NCBI RefSeq assembly: GCF_004010195.1
Contig: NC_057719.1
Location: 20,857,753-20,904,605 of the forward strand
Origin: Chiloscyllium plagiosum
Taxonomy: Eukaryota
Reading direction: 5' to 3'
Length of the DNA: 46,853 bases
Part shown: positions 46,347-46,853 of the stretch, in pieces
Numbering within the stretch: the stretch's first letter is position 1
Layout: each line of letters begins with the position of its first letter
The notes under the pieces: model-generated
Told to the model about the DNA's origin: nothing
Databases searched by the model: none
Seen by the model: only the letters and a program-made list of their open reading frames with translations
Made by a program: the position numbers and the translations under genes

Positions 46347-46853
46347 CATAGCGTCATAGAGATGTACAGCACAAAAACAGACCCATCGGCCCAACTTGTC
46401 CATGTTGATCAGATATCCCAACTCAATCTAGTCCCACCTGCCAGCACCCGGCCCATATTCCTACAAACCCTTCCTATTCATATACCCAACCAAATGCCTT
46501 TTAAATGTTGCAATTGTACCAGCCTCCACCACTTCCTCTGGCAGCTCATTCCATACACGTACCACCCTCTGCGTGAAAAAGTCGCCCCTTAGGTCCCTTT
46601 TATATCTTTCCCCTCTCACCCTAAACCTATTCCCTCGAGTTCTGGACTCCTCCATCCCAGGGAAAAGACCTTGTCTATTTACCCTATCCATACCCCTCAT
46701 GCTTTTATGGACCTCAATAAGGTCACCCCTCAGCCTCCAACACTGCAGGGAAAACAGCCCCAGCCTGTTCAGCCTCTCCCTGTAGCTCTGATCCTCCAAC
46801 CCTGGCAACATCCTTGTAAATCTTTTCTGAACCCTTTCAAGTTTCACAACATC
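46347..46853 (-). mobile_element. CR1 3' end running off the window
   Basis: KLERVQKRFTRMLPGLE...RLRGDLIEV...WNELPEEVVEAG. Confidence 0.93.

Noticed and set aside
1..46853. CRISPR array, prokaryotic operon or defence system
   Set aside because: The DNA is vertebrate-like and repeat-rich. There are no regularly spaced repeat-spacer units, and the RT/nuclease ORFs are explained by LINE and PLE families.

Overview
Eukaryotic, repeat-saturated genomic DNA with three N gaps (6076-6188, 21299-21424, 42296-42382). The repeat repertoire points to a cartilaginous fish, probably a shark (inferred from recognised repeat families, not from a search). No intact protein-coding gene, rRNA, tRNA gene or CRISPR array is visible, and most ORFs in the track are decayed retrotransposon fragments. 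Main contents: one near-full-length CR1 LINE (14.3-19.25 kb; zinc-finger/SGNH-esterase ORF1, APE+RT ORF2), many CR1 fragments, a near-full-length Rex1/Babar LINE (31.9-35.1 kb), L2-like tails, HE1-like V-SINEs, a DeuSINE-like element, and about a dozen Penelope-like element (PLE) insertions from several families. The most interesting signal is in the PLEs. Most carry minimal type-I hammerhead ribozyme motifs, and several are fold-back structures with 10-16 bp target-site duplications (TSDs) and an unpaired 35-37 nt tail on one side. One non-coding family is a spacer-less 200-bp palindrome whose hammerhead core has a compensatory U3-A8 pair in place of C3-G8. One frame-preserving candidate host exon (minus strand, 39297-39461) suggests the window may be intronic.
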